Positions 12,629 to 25,830 of a DNA stretch of 64,000 nucleotides are shown here, piece after piece. Both the position numbers and the translations under genes were made by a program. The number at the start of each line of letters is the position of its first letter. Positions within the stretch are counted from its first letter, which is position 1. Under the pieces are notes generated by a model, which was not told the DNA's origin, made no database searches, and saw only the letters and a program-made list of their open reading frames with translations. The stretch is from Felis catus (taxonomy: Eukaryota): assembly GCF_018350175.1 (NCBI RefSeq), contig NC_058368.1, positions 104,906,001 through 104,970,000 of the forward strand. Direction: 5' to 3'.

Positions 12629-13006
12629 TGGACTTTCTTATTTATGAGAGACTTCCCAGAAGGAAAAAACTTGGTGAGATCTGTTAGTAATAACTAAACA
12701 AACTAAGCAGATCTTTTCTGTGTCATTAGGCAGCAATTTTCTGTCAATGCCCCTCATTGCCCTCTATCTAGGAACACATTTTATTACCACCCAAAAGCAG
12801 GCCTGCAGTTGGGGTAAAGAATTCTGGGTTTCAATTCCAGTTCTACACACAATTTTCAAAGTCTTCTCCTAATGTTAGAACAGTAATCTTACCTGCCACA
12901 CATTCTTTTGAAGTTTCAATGGAAAGTGGAAAGTAAAACATAAAATGTTTTAAATGCAATTCGAGGTCATAATCTTACTCGGTTGATTCCTGTCTGTCAT
13001 GGCCCA

Positions 13007-13439
13007 TGTAGTGAGCTGAATAGTGGCCTCCCCAAAAGATATGTCTACTGGGAACTTGTGAATGGGAGCTTATTTGGGAATTGGGTGTAGACCCCTAAGG
13101 ATATAGAGATGAGATCACTGTGGATTTAGGATGGGCCCTCAGTGCAATGGTAGGTATGCTTAAGGAAAGGCAGAGGGAGGTTTGAGGCACAGAGACACTA
13201 GGGAGAAGGACATACAATGGTAAGTAGAGATGGACGTTGCACTGGTACAAGTCAAGGAGCATCTGGATCCAGCAGAAGCTAGACACACATGGAAGGATTC
13301 TCTCCAGGAGCCTTTGGAGAATCCCTGCTGACCCTTGAGTTTGGACTTCTGGCCTCTAGAACTGGAAGAGAAAAAAACGTTTGTTGTTTATCTAACCAGT
13401 TGTGGTGATTTGTTGGGCAGTCCCAGGAAACTGGTAACA
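13007..13439 (+). mobile_element. MLT1-type MaLR solo LTR
   Basis: tgtagtgagctgaatagtggcctccccaaaagatatgtc...ttggacttctggcctctagaactg...ggaaactggtaaca, with TG...CA ends. Confidence 0.8.
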
Positions 13440-14100
13440 GCTCACATTCAATCCATCGGTAATCAACCTTCAAAATATACCTAGACCAAGTATCACCTCT
13501 TCCTGCCCAATTAGAGATACAGGTCAACTCACGTGCTATTATTGGCAACCCCATGTTAGTCCTTGTGTCCCTACAATGACAGCAATCAGAGAGTGATTTC
13601 ACCCTGAAGTCAAATCTTCTGAGTCCTGTGCTCAAAACCTTCCACTCCTCATTTCTCTCGTAATAGAACCCAAAAGTCTTTACAGGGCCTGCAAGCCTAG
13701 ATATGATCTAGCCCTCCTATCTCTCTGACCTCATTTCTTACCCCCCAGTCCCAGTTTCCTTGTTGTTCTGGAAAGGTGCTAAGCACCCTCTCTTAGAGCC
13801 TTTGTGTGCCCTTCCTTCCATCCAGACAACCACAGGCCTGCTTCCTTACAGGTCTCTGTTCAAACCTCCTCAGAGAAGCCTTGCTCATTCACCCTATCCA
13901 AAGTGACCAATTACTGTCTGTAACTTACTGGTTTATTGATTTTCTTCAAAGTGCTCATTACAGTGTATTTTCCTGTTCATAGTCTCTGTCTGCTGTGAAA
14001 ATGAAGTGTCAGGACCTTGTCTGTCTTGTTCATTCTATATTTCTAGCATTCATGTGCAGTACATTGCAGCCAGTAATGAATATTTGTTGAATGAATGAAG
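13440..14100 (+). mobile_element. L2 3' fragment
   Basis: Pyrimidine-rich L2-like body ending aatatttgttgaatgaatgaa. Confidence 0.7.
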
Positions 14101-15029
14101 AAGCCAACAAACCTTATAGCTGTTAAGGGTTTCAGCCAAACAGGTTGGAGATGGTAACTACTTTCAGCCCCACCCCAAACAGTACTTTTGGAAGAGTAAC
14201 CTGGATACCTACTTACACCCATTCTCTATGGGCAGGACAAGAGTCACCACCAAAAGGAACAACCCATTGTAGTGGCAAGGCATGATCTAAAGTTTGGGCA
14301 TAGTTAAATACCATTAACTTTTTAGTGAGGCATGTTAGAGTGCTCATGACTGTCAAGTCCAAGAGATCTATTAATGTGAAATCTATAGGTTCCTAAAGGA
14401 ATCTGGAAACAGCAAAAACAAATATTCATGTGTTTAACACGACACAGTTTAAGAAGTGCTTTCATACATCTCATTTGGACTGTTACCTGCCTGACTTAGA
14501 GATGACAGATGATACTATTCTCAGCTATGATACTATTCTCAGCTTACAGATGGAAATAGGGAGACGGGAAGAGGCTGAGCGACCTGTACAAGGACATAGC
14601 TGCACCACTGGCATTAGGGTAGTCTCAGCCCCAAACCCAGACTTGTGATTTCAAATCCCTTATTTTCCTCCATTGCACGCCATTCGCTTATTTATTTAAT
14701 GTACATTATGGAGCCAAAACTGTTTCAAGTATTGTTTTAAGTGAAGCACATAAAGTTAAGAAGGTTGATAATCTTTGTGTTTGGTTTGTCAATTAAAAAG
14801 AAAAAATAATGTACACGTACTGTGGTTGAGGAAAATGTAACAGTAGCTGCTACCTTTTACCCGCCCACTGTCTCTTTCTCAGGATGCAAGCCACTGCTGT
14901 TATCTGGAAATCTTTGTAAATATGCAAGTCCCCCGTTTGTGAAGCGGGGTCCTGCTTGCAGGTGGGGGCTGGACTAGACGACCTTGGCTGGCTCATCTCC
15001 ATCCCGTGGGCAGCCACGGCACAGGATAA

Positions 15030-15900
15030 AGGGAGCTACACCTGGTAACGGGGGTGCCGTTCTCGGGTGCGGGGATGTGGAGTGGAAAGCATGACCGTGC
15101 TACAGAAGAACGTTTCTGGGGGGAATGCGCCGAGACCCCGCCGGCAGCGGCACCTTAGGTGGGAGGTACTCGGACGGGTTTGACTAGCGTCCTTCGGCTG
15201 GGCGGGCGGGGGGCGGGGCGGGGCGAGGAGAGACCGGGCTCCCAGCGGACGGGGCGGGGCGACGCGCGGTCGACGTGGCAGCCGCAGGGGCGTGCGCCTC
15301 CGGTGGCCATCTTGGAGGCGGGGACGCGCGGCGCTGAGCTTCTGCCGGCGTCTTCGTGGTCTTCTCCGAGCTTTACTCTTAGCACCCCGAACTCCACGTC
15401 CCGCGCTTTTCAACTGCCACGCAGACGCTCTGTCGGGCCCCCCCCCAGGTGAGCGTCAGCCTGGCAGCGACGCGGGTGCTTGCGGGCGGCGGGATGGGAT
15501 GCGGGCGCCTACGGGCGCAGTCCCTGCCGGGTGGGCGGGCCGGCCGGCGCCCGGAGATGGTTAGGGTCGCGTCGGAGCCCTGCTGTCGTGGAGTCCGGGC
15601 GTAAGCTGTGCGAGCGTGCTTCGCCAGGCCAGCAGTCCCTGCCGTGCTCAGCCCTGTGAGTGCGGGTTGTGGGTCTTGTGCCGGCCCTGCGCTCCGGGGC
15701 GCCGACCCAGACTGGCGCCCCTGGCCGTTTGGCTCCGCCTTCCAGAGCGCTGAATGTGGGAGCGGGACCGGCGGCAGGCGCCCGCTGACCTTAGGCCGGC
15801 CCAGCCCAGCCTGGAGACGTGGCAGAGCCTGCGGGGAGGCCGCTGCCTCCAGGAACAGAGTTTCGGCAGCTTCGGCCTTCTCTCGGCTCTGGGGTGCACA
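15030..15900. promoter_or_regulatory. CpG island / PRRC1 promoter
   Basis: Sharp rise in GC and CpG density against AT-rich flanks. GC boxes (GGGGCGGGGC at 15251-15260 and a cluster at 15200-15224). YY1-like GCCATCTTG at 15306-15314. Confidence 0.93.
15310..15448 (+). other. PRRC1: PRRC1 exon 1 (non-coding 5'UTR; TSS approximate)
   Basis: Strong donor CAG|GTGAGC at 15448/15449 inside the CpG island. No ATG on + between 15301 and 15448. Confidence 0.75.
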
Positions 15901-17674
15901 CCCCAGGCCCGCCCTTGGGAAGTAGCTTGTTTTCCCTAGGTTTCTCCAGTCGGGCCGAGCCCCTTTCCAGAGGATGTTTGCCTTCTGCTGTCTCTTTGTT
16001 CCTCCCTGGAGCCAAGTCTTTAGGCAAGTTTGCAGGAAATCTCCTCTTCTAGATTGGCCCAGTGATACATCCATTTCTGCATTTCAAAGTAGGTACTTTG
16101 AGAGGCACCGTGGACATTCCCGCGAAAGTGACACATTTTGGCATGCCAGCCTTTCTCCTGTAGGGCCATTATTTCATTCACTTAACGTTTATGGAAGTTT
16201 CTTTTGGCCTCACAACTGAGAATGCAAAGGCAAAACTCACATCCTGCTTTGGCACTGTTTTGTCTGTTAGTGGAGACCGTCTTTTGCGCTAGTAGAACAT
16301 CAGTAATGGCTTTTAGTGCTTTTATCATCAAAGCTGCATTATTCCATTTCTTTTATTGTATTCTAATAAGTAGGCATTCACTTTTTAACAGAAAACTGAT
16401 GGGAAGCAAATTGGAAGAGGAGGGTCTGGCCAAAGCCTGAGGGCTCAATTTTTCTAAGCCGTTTTCATCACTTTCTTTAATGTTAATACATCTATAATAC
16501 TTCTTACGCTGAGACTTCTGCGCTAAAACCTTTATCAACTTTGACATTTCACTGTTGTCACGATAGCTTTTCTTTAGAAGGGTTCATGTTTATGCACACA
16601 ACATTTATCCAGTATTGTCATTAAGCTGTTTCTTAAACGGTATCTTTTAAAGACTGAAAAAAATTGACCTTTTGTTGCAGGTTATAGATTGTTTGCATTG
16701 CATAGGTCATTTTGCCAACACATTCGTTAGTGTTATGGATCAAGATTATCTTTAAACCTGACTTCCACCAGCCAGTGTAAGGATTTGGCAGCACCTGTAG
16801 GAGACTGAATGACCAACAGAAAATGGGGAGATAAAACGAGGTAGCTTTCGCAGGGAGTGATAAAGTCCCCAGAAGGCCATTTGTGTTCGAGGTTATTGCC
16901 CTTAGGTGTATGGGTACTGAATGAAAGGATTTTGCCTCCCTGATCCCCGTTCCTTCTTAATGACACAGATGTTTCCTGTAGGTTCACAACCATACTTTTT
17001 GAAAGTGTGTATTTCTGCCTCACCTTCTACTCATTGTGGTTGAAATTGCCTTCTAGCCCCACTCTGCATGGAAATCGCTGTCACTGTGTTCATATCTTAG
17101 TTTGGGCAAGCCATTGACTTTTTCAGACATCAGTCATCGTATTTGGCATTTCCACAGCATTTGATATTGCTGCCTGTTCCCACCTTGAAACTCTTCTTTA
17201 GCTTTTGGACACTATGGTCTCCTGGTTTTCTTCTTTTTGGTCGTCTCCCTCTTCTCAGTAAGCTCATCTTCTTTCTGCCAGACTATTTTTCAAGGACTGA
17301 TGGGGTCATCTTCTCTTTTCATGGTATTCTCTTAGGTAACCTCATTCCAGAACGTGACTTTAGAGGCTATCAGTAAACTGAAGACATCCCCACCCCCACT
17401 TACTTTGAAACCGCAGAGCAAGTCACATGTCTCTATTTGGGTGTTTCAAGGAGCTGAAACTTGACGTGTCCAGTATTAAACACTGCACAATGCCCCCTTC
17501 CCAAGAAAGAAGATGTCATACAAATACCTTGACCTCTTCCTGTATCCCTGTCTTTGTGAATGGTGTAGACATCTGTGCAGTTGTGCAAGTCATGCCTCTT
17601 CCTGCCACTGCCCTGTATCCAGTTCTTCAGTCGACCTACTCTCCTCTCTCTCCCGTATCATCATGTGTCTAGGC

Positions 17675-17897
17675 CAGAGCTTCTCACCTTTGGCACTTAT
17701 GCTATTTGGGGCTGGATAATTCTTTCTTGTGAGGGCTGTCTTGTGCATTGTAGGATCTTTAGTGGTATCTCTAGCCTTGACCTACTAGATGATAGTAGTC
17801 CCTCTAGTTCTGACAGCCACAAAGGTCTTCAGACGTTGGCAAATGACCGTGAGAGGCAGGATTATCCTCTTTTCCTCCTGCACGTGAGAGCCACTTG
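17675..17897 (-). mobile_element. MER20 (hAT-Charlie MITE) within an L2 fragment
   Basis: ggataattctttcttgtgagggctgtcttgtgcattgtaggat...cctactagatg...cagacgttggcaaatg matches the recalled MER20 reverse strand. Confidence 0.8.
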
Positions 17898-18029
17898 TCT
17901 AGAGTGTTACCAGTTTTATATGAACCACTTCTGTCCTTCTTAATAGTCTCTCTGCATTTACTCTGACTGTCCCGTGTCCCTGTCTGCATACTGTGGTCAA
18001 AGGAATGTTTTCATACTTAGGACACAAAT

Positions 18030-18188
18030 ACGAATTGGCAAAAGCTGGAATTAGCTTTAAATACATCCTTGAGCAGACCAGTAGCTAAACTGTGGCACAT
18101 CTATAAAATGGAATACTGTTCAGCAGTTAAAAAAACCTACCTAGTGATAGAGCCAACAACTTGGATGGATCTCCAGAGCATTATGCTG

Positions 18189-18222
<34 letters not shown>

Positions 18223-18622
18223 TGATCTCAAAAAACGTATGCTGTATGATTCTATTTAGGTAACATTTCATGAAATGAGAAAATGATAGAGAACAGTCGG
18301 TTGCCACGGCTTATGGTTAGTGGGCGGATGCGACAAAGGAACACTCAGAGGGAGTTTCTTTAGGGTAATAGAACAGTTCTGTAACCTGATTGTGGTGTTG
18401 GTTACATGAGTCTTTGCAGATGATGAAACGTCATAGAACTACACACACAAACATACACACAGGTGAAAATGCAAATAAAATCTGTAGTTACTAGTATTGA
18501 ACCAATGTTAATTTTCTGGGTTTAATCACCGTACTGCAGTTAGGTAGGATGCTCTTGCTGGAGAAGCTGAGTATAGGGTAGTCCAAGAACTCTGGTCTAT
18601 TTTGCATCTTTCTTTGAATCTA
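18030..18622 (+). mobile_element. old L1 3'-end fragment
   Basis: aaactgtggcacatctataaaatggaatactgttcagcagttaaaa...ggatggatctccagagcattatgctgagt. Confidence 0.75.
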
Positions 18623-18623
18623 A

Positions 18624-18811
18624 TTAAAAAAAAAAAAATTAAGGCTTATTTATTTTTGAGAGAGAGAGAGAGAGGGAGACACAGAATTCAAAGCAGATCC
18701 AGGCTCTGAGCTGTGACCACAGAGCCCAGTGTGGGGCTCGAACCCACAAGCCTTGTGGTCATGACACGAGCCGAAGTCGCCGATTAACCTCTGGAGCCAC
18801 CCAGGTGCCTC
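18624..18811 (-). mobile_element. CAN-SINE
   Basis: Reverse SINE ending gagccacccaggtgcct. Confidence 0.88.
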
Positions 18812-19488
18812 TAAAACTTCTTTTAAAAAGTTAAAACAGAAGACAGAGATTTCATTTCCAGCTTGAATGCTGTACGATGATTTTCTGTTCTTAAAAACCC
18901 CAACTCCTTGACCTGGTGTATAAGGTTCACCCCAATGTGGGCTGTTGCCTGTGTCTCCAGTCTTCATTCTTCTTTTCTGTTCGGTGCACATGGATTTTCT
19001 TGAACTTGTCTTTTCCCCCGCCCTTACAGGGCTTGTTCACCTCCTTTATTTTCACTTTGTCTGGAATCTGCTCTCCTTAGTTCTTTTCCCTTGCTTAATT
19101 CTATATATCTTTGAGATCTCTGCTTATATGTGATTGTCTTTCCTCCCTTTCAACTCAGAATCATATTCCTCTCAAGACTGTGTTCTTACCCATGGAGCAC
19201 ATAATTCAGTTCATTGCACATGGGTGGTATTATTTTATTGTCTCTCCTACTGGACTGTATGTATCCTGTTTGTTTCTGCATACATTGTATGTCCACAGGC
19301 ACCAGTACAGTGCTTGGCAAACAGTTGACTTTCACTGAGTATTTGTTAAATGAATAGAAACATCAAAAGCAAATTCTGAAGTTTTATTTGGAAGTTTTGA
19401 TTTTATATTTGAGACAAGCTTGTTAATTTGTCATTTTTAAGGAAGTTTTCCCATATTTTGTACTTCATTATTGTCTTAGGACCTGCTC

Positions 19489-19561
19489 TTTTTAAAAAAA
19501 AATTTTTTTTTTAATGTTTATTTATTTTTGAGAGACAGAGACAGAGTGTGAGCAGGGGAGG

Positions 19562-19612
<51 letters not shown>

Positions 19613-19743
19613 AGAACCTGAAGAGGCTCCAGGCTCTGAGCTGTCAGCACAGAACCCGATGTGGGGCTCAAACTCACAAGCCGTGAGATCATGACCGGAG
19701 CCGAAGCCGGACAGCCTAACTGCCTGAGCCACCCAGGCGCCCC
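19489..19743 (-). mobile_element. CAN-SINE with (GA)n
   Basis: Reverse SINE with TSD gacctgc. Confidence 0.92.
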
Positions 19744-19954
19744 AGACCTGCCCTTTAGTTACTGTATAACATTTTTGCTGAAGTTAATGTTTCCAGTACG
19801 TGAAACATATCATTTCACAGTTACTAAAGATGACTTAAGATGTGAACTAGAGATACTGGGAATGGAGCACATTTCAGTTTTATTTTCATGTTAACAGAAA
19901 TAGCCCACATAATACATTATGGGGAGAGAAGTAATGTTAAGAATATTTAATAAT

Positions 19955-20102
19955 AGGAGCACCTGGGTGGCTCAGTCGGTTAAGTGTCCAACTCTCGATT
20001 TCAGCTCAGGTCGTGATCTCCGGGTAGTGGGAATGAGCCCTGTGTCGGGCTCCAGGCTAGGTGTGAGCCTGCTTAAGATTCTGTCCCCTCCCCCTCAAAA
20101 AA
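19955..20102 (+). mobile_element. CAN-SINE (older subfamily)
   Basis: ggagcacctgggtggctcagtcggttaagtgtccaactctcgatttcagctcagg. Confidence 0.85.
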
Positions 20103-20494
20103 TACTGAGTAATACTTAATGCTTAAAAAATTCATTTTTAATTTAAATGTAACAGTGACTGGAATCTAGATATAAGACTTACATACATTCATGTGATAGA
20201 AAATTAGTCATTTACTGTTTGAAGTTTTGGGGTAATTAGTTAACATCAAATTATTTCCTAATTACAAAGTATAGTATATGAAAATGTCCCATATTATGTG
20301 CATATTAAACATAAGCACAGACTTTTCCTAGGAGTTTTGACAGATCCTTTATGTAGAAATAAATGGCATTATAAATAGCAAAGACAGATCTCTGTCTCTT
20401 GATGATTATTTTCTAAAATTATTCTCTAGAAGTACACTTGATTACCGTGTAATATTTATTACAATTTTATATCTTTACAGTAAACCATAACTGA

Positions 20495-20608
<114 letters not shown>

Positions 20609-21185
20609 TGAAGCTGTCGAGTGTCTAGTGTGTCTGGAGGGCGGTGAAGACACTTAACTTTTCTCAGAGTCAGTTAGAAGACTACATATTTACAACTCTT
20701 GTGATCTTTGCCAGGATGAAAGGAAGGAGCCTTTCTTATTTAAGCCCGCAGGTAGAAAACGTTGTTTTGCTTGGGGTCAAGTTTTGTTCTTTGTATTTAT
20801 ACTGACTGTATTAAATCATCTTCTTATAAAAATATCCTAAGAAGCACGTATTGGTTTTGTCTCATGTTCTGTGGGTTTGATGATTAACTTTCTGGCCAAA
20901 ATTTTTCAGCCAGTATGTAGGTTTTTATGCTGAAGTTAGCAGTGGTGAAAAACAGCTCTATTTTATTAAAAACACATCCAAAATGAATGAAAACACAAAG
21001 ATCTGCTCATGAATGGGACTGTAACTTAATTATATACGGCTGCCTCTTTTACTTAAGGGAGTTGAAAGTCATTTGCACTCAGTCATATTTGTTGTGTAAT
21101 TCAAATTGTACATTTTAAATACTCAGTTATGGCTTGCTTGTTAATGTGTTAGATTTTGCAAGAAAAATGTGATAAGATACTTTGA

Positions 21186-21653
<468 letters not shown>

Positions 21654-21689
21654 TGAAGTAAATGGCTGTAGGTAATGTTTAAGTATGTG

Positions 21690-22275
21690 GTTGTTGTTTT
21701 TTAATAACTGTTCTATTGAGAAATAACTTACATACCATATAATTCACCCCTTTAAAATATACAATTCAGTGGTTGTCAGAGTTTTTACTGAGTCCTGCAA
21801 CCATCGCCATCATCAGTTTTAGAACCTTTTAATCACACCGCCCCCCCTGCCCCCCCGAAAAGAAGCCCCATTGCTCTTAGCAGTCACTCCTGACTTGCTC
21901 CCAACGTTCACAGCCCGAAGGAAGCATTCATCTGCCTTCTGTCTCTACGAATTTGCCTATTTTGGACATTTCATATAAATAGAATCATGCAGCGTGTGGC
22001 TTTTGTGACAGGATTCTTTCACTTAGCATATGTAGCATGTTTCTGTACTCTGTTTGTCGTATGGATATTCCTTCCACATTTTATTTCATCAGTTGATGAA
22101 CTTTGTTTTGTTTCTACTTTTTGGTGTTATGCATACTGCTTTTATGAACATTGGTGTACAAGTTTTCATGAGGACATGTTTTCATGTCTCTTGGGTATAT
22201 ACCTAGGCACAGGATTGCTGGCTTTGAGAAAATGCTAGACTTTTCCAAAGCAGTTGTACCATTTCACTTTCTCCT
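21690..22275 (-). mobile_element. L1 3'-end fragment (L1MB-like)
   Basis: cataccatataattcaccc...ttggacatttcatataaatagaatcatgc...tcttgggtatatacctagg. Confidence 0.75.
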
Positions 22276-22375
22276 CAGCACTGTCTCTGTGTTACTTTTT
22301 TTTTTTTTTAACTTTGTTGTTTCTTGCTGCATTATTTTTAGCTCCTTTAAGCTCTGGAATGTTCTCATGTTTTGA

Positions 22376-22602
22376 CTTTTTTTTTTCTTTAAAAAATATT
22401 TTTTAATGTTTATTTATCTTTGAGAGAGACACAGAGCATGAGCAGGGAGGGACAGAGAGAGAGGGAGACACAGAATCTGAAGCAGGCTCCAGGCTCCTAG
22501 CCACCAGCACAGAGCTGGATGCGGGGCTCTAACCCACGAACCATGAGATCATGACCTGAGCTGAAGTCGGATGCCCAACTAACTGAGCCACCCAGGTGCC
22601 CC
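22376..22602 (-). mobile_element. CAN-SINE
   Basis: Reverse SINE ending gagccacccaggtgcccc. Confidence 0.9.
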
Positions 22603-23401
22603 ATTGACATTTAACTATCGAAATAAAGCTATTGTTAACTTAGTAAATGCTAAAGTTAATATGTTGTAAAATGTACATGTTTAGTATATGAAGTGCAGTT
22701 TCTCCTACAGAGAAATACCAGGGTGAAATTCTAGAGTTTCTTAAAGCTTTACTTGAAAGGTTATATGGGCAGAATGGTTCAGGAAATAGTTTTATTTAGC
22801 CAGGTAAAAATTTAGAACCAAATAAAAGCTCATGTATACCTTAAGTTTGTGGTGTTGGGCCATTTTCCTTTTCTAAGTTGGTTATACCTACTTTTTTGTC
22901 TTCCCTGAATGGTTTTTGAAAACCAGTATCCAAACTTCAGCCTTGTCATCTTCTGCCTGTTACTTCTCCTTTTACAAAAAGAAGCTACTTTTTTGTGATT
23001 TTTATTACCAAGGTTTCTGCTTATCTACCTTTAAAAACAGAATTTTTAGTACAGTGTAATACGTCCATGAATGTGTGAATTTTCTATTTTGAGTTCAAGT
23101 AGAGCACATGGAATATGTACTTATTGTCATATTCTTTTATATGATAGGCTTGGGTGCTCACATCAATTAATTTTATGCATTAAAGGGATTGGAATTATTA
23201 TAGCTGCCCACATCCAAGTGCTAAATAGGGCCAATAGGAAGTACTTTTTGATATACATTTGGTCCATTTTTGGGACACTTCATAAAAATGTCTACAGAAA
23301 GGGAAAGAAATTTGTTCTTTGGAATCTTGTTTCATTTGTATTTTATAAAGATTTAGGTGATTCTTGGAGTACATAACTCAGTCCTGAAATGCCTGAGTAT
23401 A

Positions 23402-23625
23402 GGGGTGCCTTGGTGGCTCAATTCGTTAAGCGTCGGACTTCGGCTCAGGTTATGATCTCGCGGTTTGTGAGTTCAAGCCCCACCTCAGTCTCCATGCTGA
23501 CTGCAGAACCTTCTTCCCATCCTCTGTCCCCCTGCCCCCCTTCTGTCTCTGCCCCTCCCTGGCTCATTCTGTCTCTCTCAAAAATAAATAAACATTAAAA
23601 AAATTAAAAAAAAAAAAAAAAAAAA
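23402..23625 (+). mobile_element. CAN-SINE
   Basis: Perfect 16-bp TSD gaaatgcctgagtata (23386-23401 and 23626-23641). Confidence 0.93.
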
Positions 23626-23714
23626 GAAATGCCTGAGTATATATTCACATTATTGAAGCTGTTTTGAGCTACTCATCTCATACATCTTTTTACAGGAAAT
23701 AGTTTATGAAATAA

Positions 23715-23921
<207 letters not shown>

Positions 23922-23983
23922 TAGTGTAAAAACTAGGCTGAACTTTTTAATTCTAAAATTATTAGATGGCCATTAGAATAATT

Positions 23984-24205
23984 AAAAAAAAATTTTTTTT
24001 TTCAACATTTATTTATTTTTGGGACAGAGAGAGCCAAAGCATGAACCGGGGAGGGTCAGAGAGAGAGGGAGACACAGAATTGGAAACAGGCTCCAGGCTC
24101 CGAGCCATCAGCCCAGAGCCCGACGCGGGGCTCGAACTCACGGACCGCGAGATCGTGACCTGGCTGAAGTCGGACGCTTAACCGACTGCGCCACCCAGGC
24201 GCCCC
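23984..24205 (-). mobile_element. young CpG-rich SINEC_Fc-like element
   Basis: CpGs retained. TSD tagaataatt (23974-23983 and 24206-24215). Confidence 0.93.
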
Positions 24206-24249
24206 TAGAATAATTTTTAAAGAACAAAATGATATAAGGAAAAGTAAAA

Positions 24250-25830
24250 ATTCTTTTTATTCTTATGACCAGTTTTTTATAGTTTCTCTCCATCTTTTTT
24301 ATGTGCTTATCTGCGTAGATAGATCTTTTCTAAAATTAAAGTCAAAATGGGGTAGTGACACGTGGACACTATTTTGTGTCTCGCTTGTCCTTATGTAGCA
24401 CATGTCAGGAACATCTTCCAAGCCATAAACATTCTTCAGAAATTTTCTTTATGGCTGCTTTGCCCTTCATGCCGTGGCATTTATTTCCCATATTTTGCTA
24501 ACGGACTTTAGTATTCTCCATTGTAATTCTTATAATACAGCTGTGATGAGCATGCTTGTAGGCAGATCTTTGTGCTCATCTCTGTTTTGTTGAGGTTAAT
24601 TTCTGATGAATGTCAGCGTGAACAGAGTGAATGTCTGACTGTCCCAGCATTTTTCATTTGTCACCACTGATTATGAATTTGAAATACAACTTTTTCTGAT
24701 TTGATAAACAAAACACATACCTTGTTTTAATTTGCATTTCTTCAACAGATTTGAACATTTTTTTCATGTGATTTTTTTTGCCATTCGTATTTTTTTTCTT
24801 AAGTCTCTAGTCCTTTTCTTTGCCCATTTTTGAATTGGGATGATTTTTCGTCCCTGAACACAAATTCATAAGAGCTCCTAATGTAGTAAGAATGTTTTAT
24901 TATATGCCATCATATGTTGCAGTTTTCTCTATTTTTATCATACATTTAAATTATATTATCCTTTTTTGAGACAAAATCTAGATTTGCAGAAGTTCTTCAT
25001 ATCAGTGTTATGTTTTGTTTTGTTTTTTAATGTTAAAAATGACCTTTTACCACCACAATATATCATGAATGTTTTTCTGTGATTTCTTCTAATTCTTTTA
25101 TGGTTTCATTTTTTTTATACCCACCAGTTTTTTGTTGCTGATACTTTATTACATGAAGTAGAAGTCAAACTTAATTTTTTTCTGACCACTGACTCGACTC
25201 TGGCAACATTGTATCCCAGTGTTTTGATACGTCATCTTTATTTTAATTACGAAACTGTGTGTTAATGTCATTTTCTGGACTTGTTTCTCTTCCACTGTTT
25301 GGCCTGCCCCTGCAATAGTACCTCACTATTTCGATTATTATTAACTCTGTTTATTATTATACTATTATTTATTGAAAGTTGACTCTGTGCTCAGGGAGAT
25401 TAGGAATATTCATTGATGAGTAAGATATAAAGGTCATTTCCAAGTGCCTGCTTTTGCCGTGATTTATCAGTATTTAATTTTATAAGTTTGCAGGTTTCTC
25501 TTAAGAATTTTTTTTTACTAGTCTTCTGCATTTATTTCTCTTAATGAATTTTGGAATCACTCTGACAGAGTTTCTCCCAGTATTCTGCGGAGAGTTTGGC
25601 TACAATTTAATTATATATTAAACATATTTTTAAATTGCTAAGTAGCTAACTTATTTACTACATTTGAGCTTTATGTTACACAGGGATGGTATTTTTCTAA
25701 GCTTCCTTTTTTTTTTTTTTTAAATCCTTCTGTACTTTTTAAACGTTTTTCCTTATATAGGGATTACTACTAGTTTCCTTTGTTAATAGCATGTGTTATG
25801 AACTCAACTTTTTTCTGATTCCAGTTAGTT
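24250..25830 (-). mobile_element. ancient L1 remnant
   Basis: T-rich, degenerate antisense L1-like text (gttttaatttgcatttc; tttgcccattttt). Confidence 0.5.

Noticed and set aside
15036..16074. Many overlapping ORFs up to 231 aa in the CpG island
   Set aside because: Stop-poor GC-rich sequence gives long ORFs on all frames. They are R/P/G/A low-complexity with no recognisable domain.
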